Assembly: GCA_902385635.1 (NCBI GenBank)
Contig: CABMGN010000002.1
Coordinates: 18,092-82,091 of the forward strand
Origin: an uncultured archaeon
Lineage (GTDB): Archaea; Nanobdellota; Nanobdellia; Pacearchaeales; GW2011-AR1
Direction of reading: 5' to 3'
Length of the DNA stretch: 64,000 bases
The notes under the pieces were generated by a model. The model saw only the letters and a list, made by a program, of their open reading frames with translations, was not told the origin of the DNA and ran no database searches. Numbering within the stretch: position 1 is the stretch's first letter; each line of letters begins with the position of its first letter. A program made the translations under genes and the position numbers. Below, piece by piece: positions 62,634 to 64,000 of the stretch.

Positions 62634-64000
62634 TTAAAACTCAGTATGAAGGGCTGGGCCTGAAAAGTTCATACCTTTGTCTTTTGAATTGGCTGCAATA
62701 ACATCATCAATTCTAAGAATCATTGTAGCAACTTCTGTCGCAGAAGAAATTGCCTGGGCTTTTATCTTGTAGGGTTCAATTATATGCGCCTTGAACATGT
62801 TTTCAATCTCATTCGTAAACAAATTCAAACCCGCGTTTCTATTTCCGGAATCGTGTTTTGCCTTTAGCGAGGTTAGAACGTCAATAGGATCCAAACCGGC
62901 GTTCTCGGCAAGAGTTACTGGGATGAACTCTAGAGCAGAAGCAAACTAATCAACAGCAAGTTGTTCTCTTCCTTTCAGAGACTGGCCAAAGTATCTAAGC
63001 CTTCTTGCAAGCTCTATTTCTATCGCTCCTCCGCCCGCAACAACCATACCTGTCTTTAGTGAAGATAAAACATCTCCAAGACCATCACGAATGGCTCTTT
63101 CAATTTCATCCATTACATGACTAGACCCACCATGAATCAAGATTGTAAGTGCTTTTGGATTCTGACATCCCCGTATGTAAGTCATTGAATCATTTCCATT
63201 TCCAACCTCTTCAACAATCTGAGCTTCTCCAAGTTCTTTTTGTGTTAGTTCATTGAGATTACTAACTATTTTTCCCCCCGTAGCTTTTGATATCTTTTCT
63301 AAGTCTAATTTCGCAACTCTTCTACAGGCGTATATTCTCTCTTTAGAAAGAAGGTACTGTGCGAATTCATCTATTCCTTTCTGACAGAAGACAACATTTG
63401 CTCCAGAATGTTTTATCTTATTGATCATCTCTCTAATCTGGCGTTCTTCTTGGTCTAAGAAGTTTTGTAATTGTTCGGGGGTTGAGATAGAAATCTTAGT
63501 ATCTATTTCAGGATTTTTTATCTCAAGAGGGAAATCAAGAAGAGCAATTTTAGAAGAATTTACAGAAAGAGGCATATCTGAAGAAACTTTTTCTTTATCT
63601 AAAACAATACCTGAAATTAATTCCGTATCTTCAATCCCATCTCCTTTTGCTTTTTCTATTTTAATATCAGTTAGATCGTACTTTCCTTCTTGTTCTATTT
63701 GCTTTACTGCCTTCACAATTATACCTGCAAACTTTTCTTTAGAAGACTCTGCACACTTCCCAGTCATTGCAGTCATTGCTATCTGTTTTAGTATAGACTC
63801 GTTTTCTGAAGTGATTTTGATTGAAAGTTGTTTAAGGAATTCCTGTGCTTTATCTGCTGCGATTCTATACCCCTTTGTAATGGCTGTCGGATGTATCTTC
63901 TGATCAAGAAGTTTTTCTGCATTTTCCAGAAGTTTTCCTGCAAGCATTACTGCAGAAGTTGTTCCGTCCCCGACTTCAGACTCCTGAGTTCTAGCAATTT
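62634..64000 (-). pseudogene. ths: thermosome (group II chaperonin) subunit, 5' end off window, single frame interrupted by in-frame TAG
   Basis: The upstream part reads EVGDGTTSAVMLAG...VAGGGAIEIELA...GREQLAVD. TAG follows at 62948-62946. The same frame continues [24 protein letters not shown]...ILRIDDVIA. The track splits it into 62946..63947 and 62634..62894. Confidence 0.85.

Noticed and set aside
1-64000. Genetic-code reassignment (TGA=Gly/Trp or TAG=sense) as the explanation for the interrupted trxB and thermosome
   Set aside because: TGA ends at least eight well-delimited genes here, often overlapping the next ATG. TAG ends ileS, the K+ channel, the ArsR regulator, 31839..32444 and 47830..48279 at natural C-termini. 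None of the five tRNAs in the window is a suppressor.
1-64000. CRISPR arrays, IS elements, integrases, reverse transcriptase/DGR, rRNA genes
   Set aside because: I found no regularly spaced direct repeats, no transposase-, integrase- or RT-like ORFs in either the track or my own reading, and no rRNA-like conserved stretches.

Overview
This is a gene-dense, low-GC archaeal chromosome segment. Hand-counted 60-nt samples give about 25% GC in ordinary genes and 40-48% in some conserved or atypical genes. I call about 85 genes on both strands.

The core machinery is archaeal: Rpo7/RpoE', Spt4, ribosomal proteins S24e, S27ae, L10e and L35Ae, a thermosome, ArgRS, IleRS, HisRS, GluRS, tRNA-modification enzymes, a class-III-signal pilin and an archaeal-type RuBisCO. 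Proteome bias, small gene sizes and truncated enzymes suggest a reduced, DPANN-like lineage (inference).

Five tRNAs are present: Thr-CGU, Trp-CCA, His-GUG, Val-UAC and Gly-GCC. I saw no rRNA, CRISPR array, transposase, integrase or reverse transcriptase. A contiguous metal and Fe-S homeostasis block spans about 14.3-25.7 kb (Cu efflux cluster, K+ channel, IscU/IscS, ArsR, VIT1, ABCB exporter).

The observations most worth a second look are:
- Two core genes carry a single in-frame stop each: trxB has TGA at the conserved GGQ glycine, and the thermosome has TAG.
- A bacterial-type cassette sits between archaeal genes: a stand-alone DnaA domain IV, MraZ and a papain-like protein at 8401..9600.
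- An unrecognisable operon lies just downstream of a form II/III-like RuBisCO (46243..50148). It includes an endonuclease-IV-like TIM barrel split by a ~230-aa insertion.
- A GluRS lacks its anticodon-binding domain and abuts a foreign-looking gene pair.
- About 15 compositionally atypical orphan ORFs occur singly or as translationally coupled pairs. One pair is bracketed by two tRNA genes.

Functions of the orphan genes are not known. All family calls rest on motif recognition by eye, not on searches.
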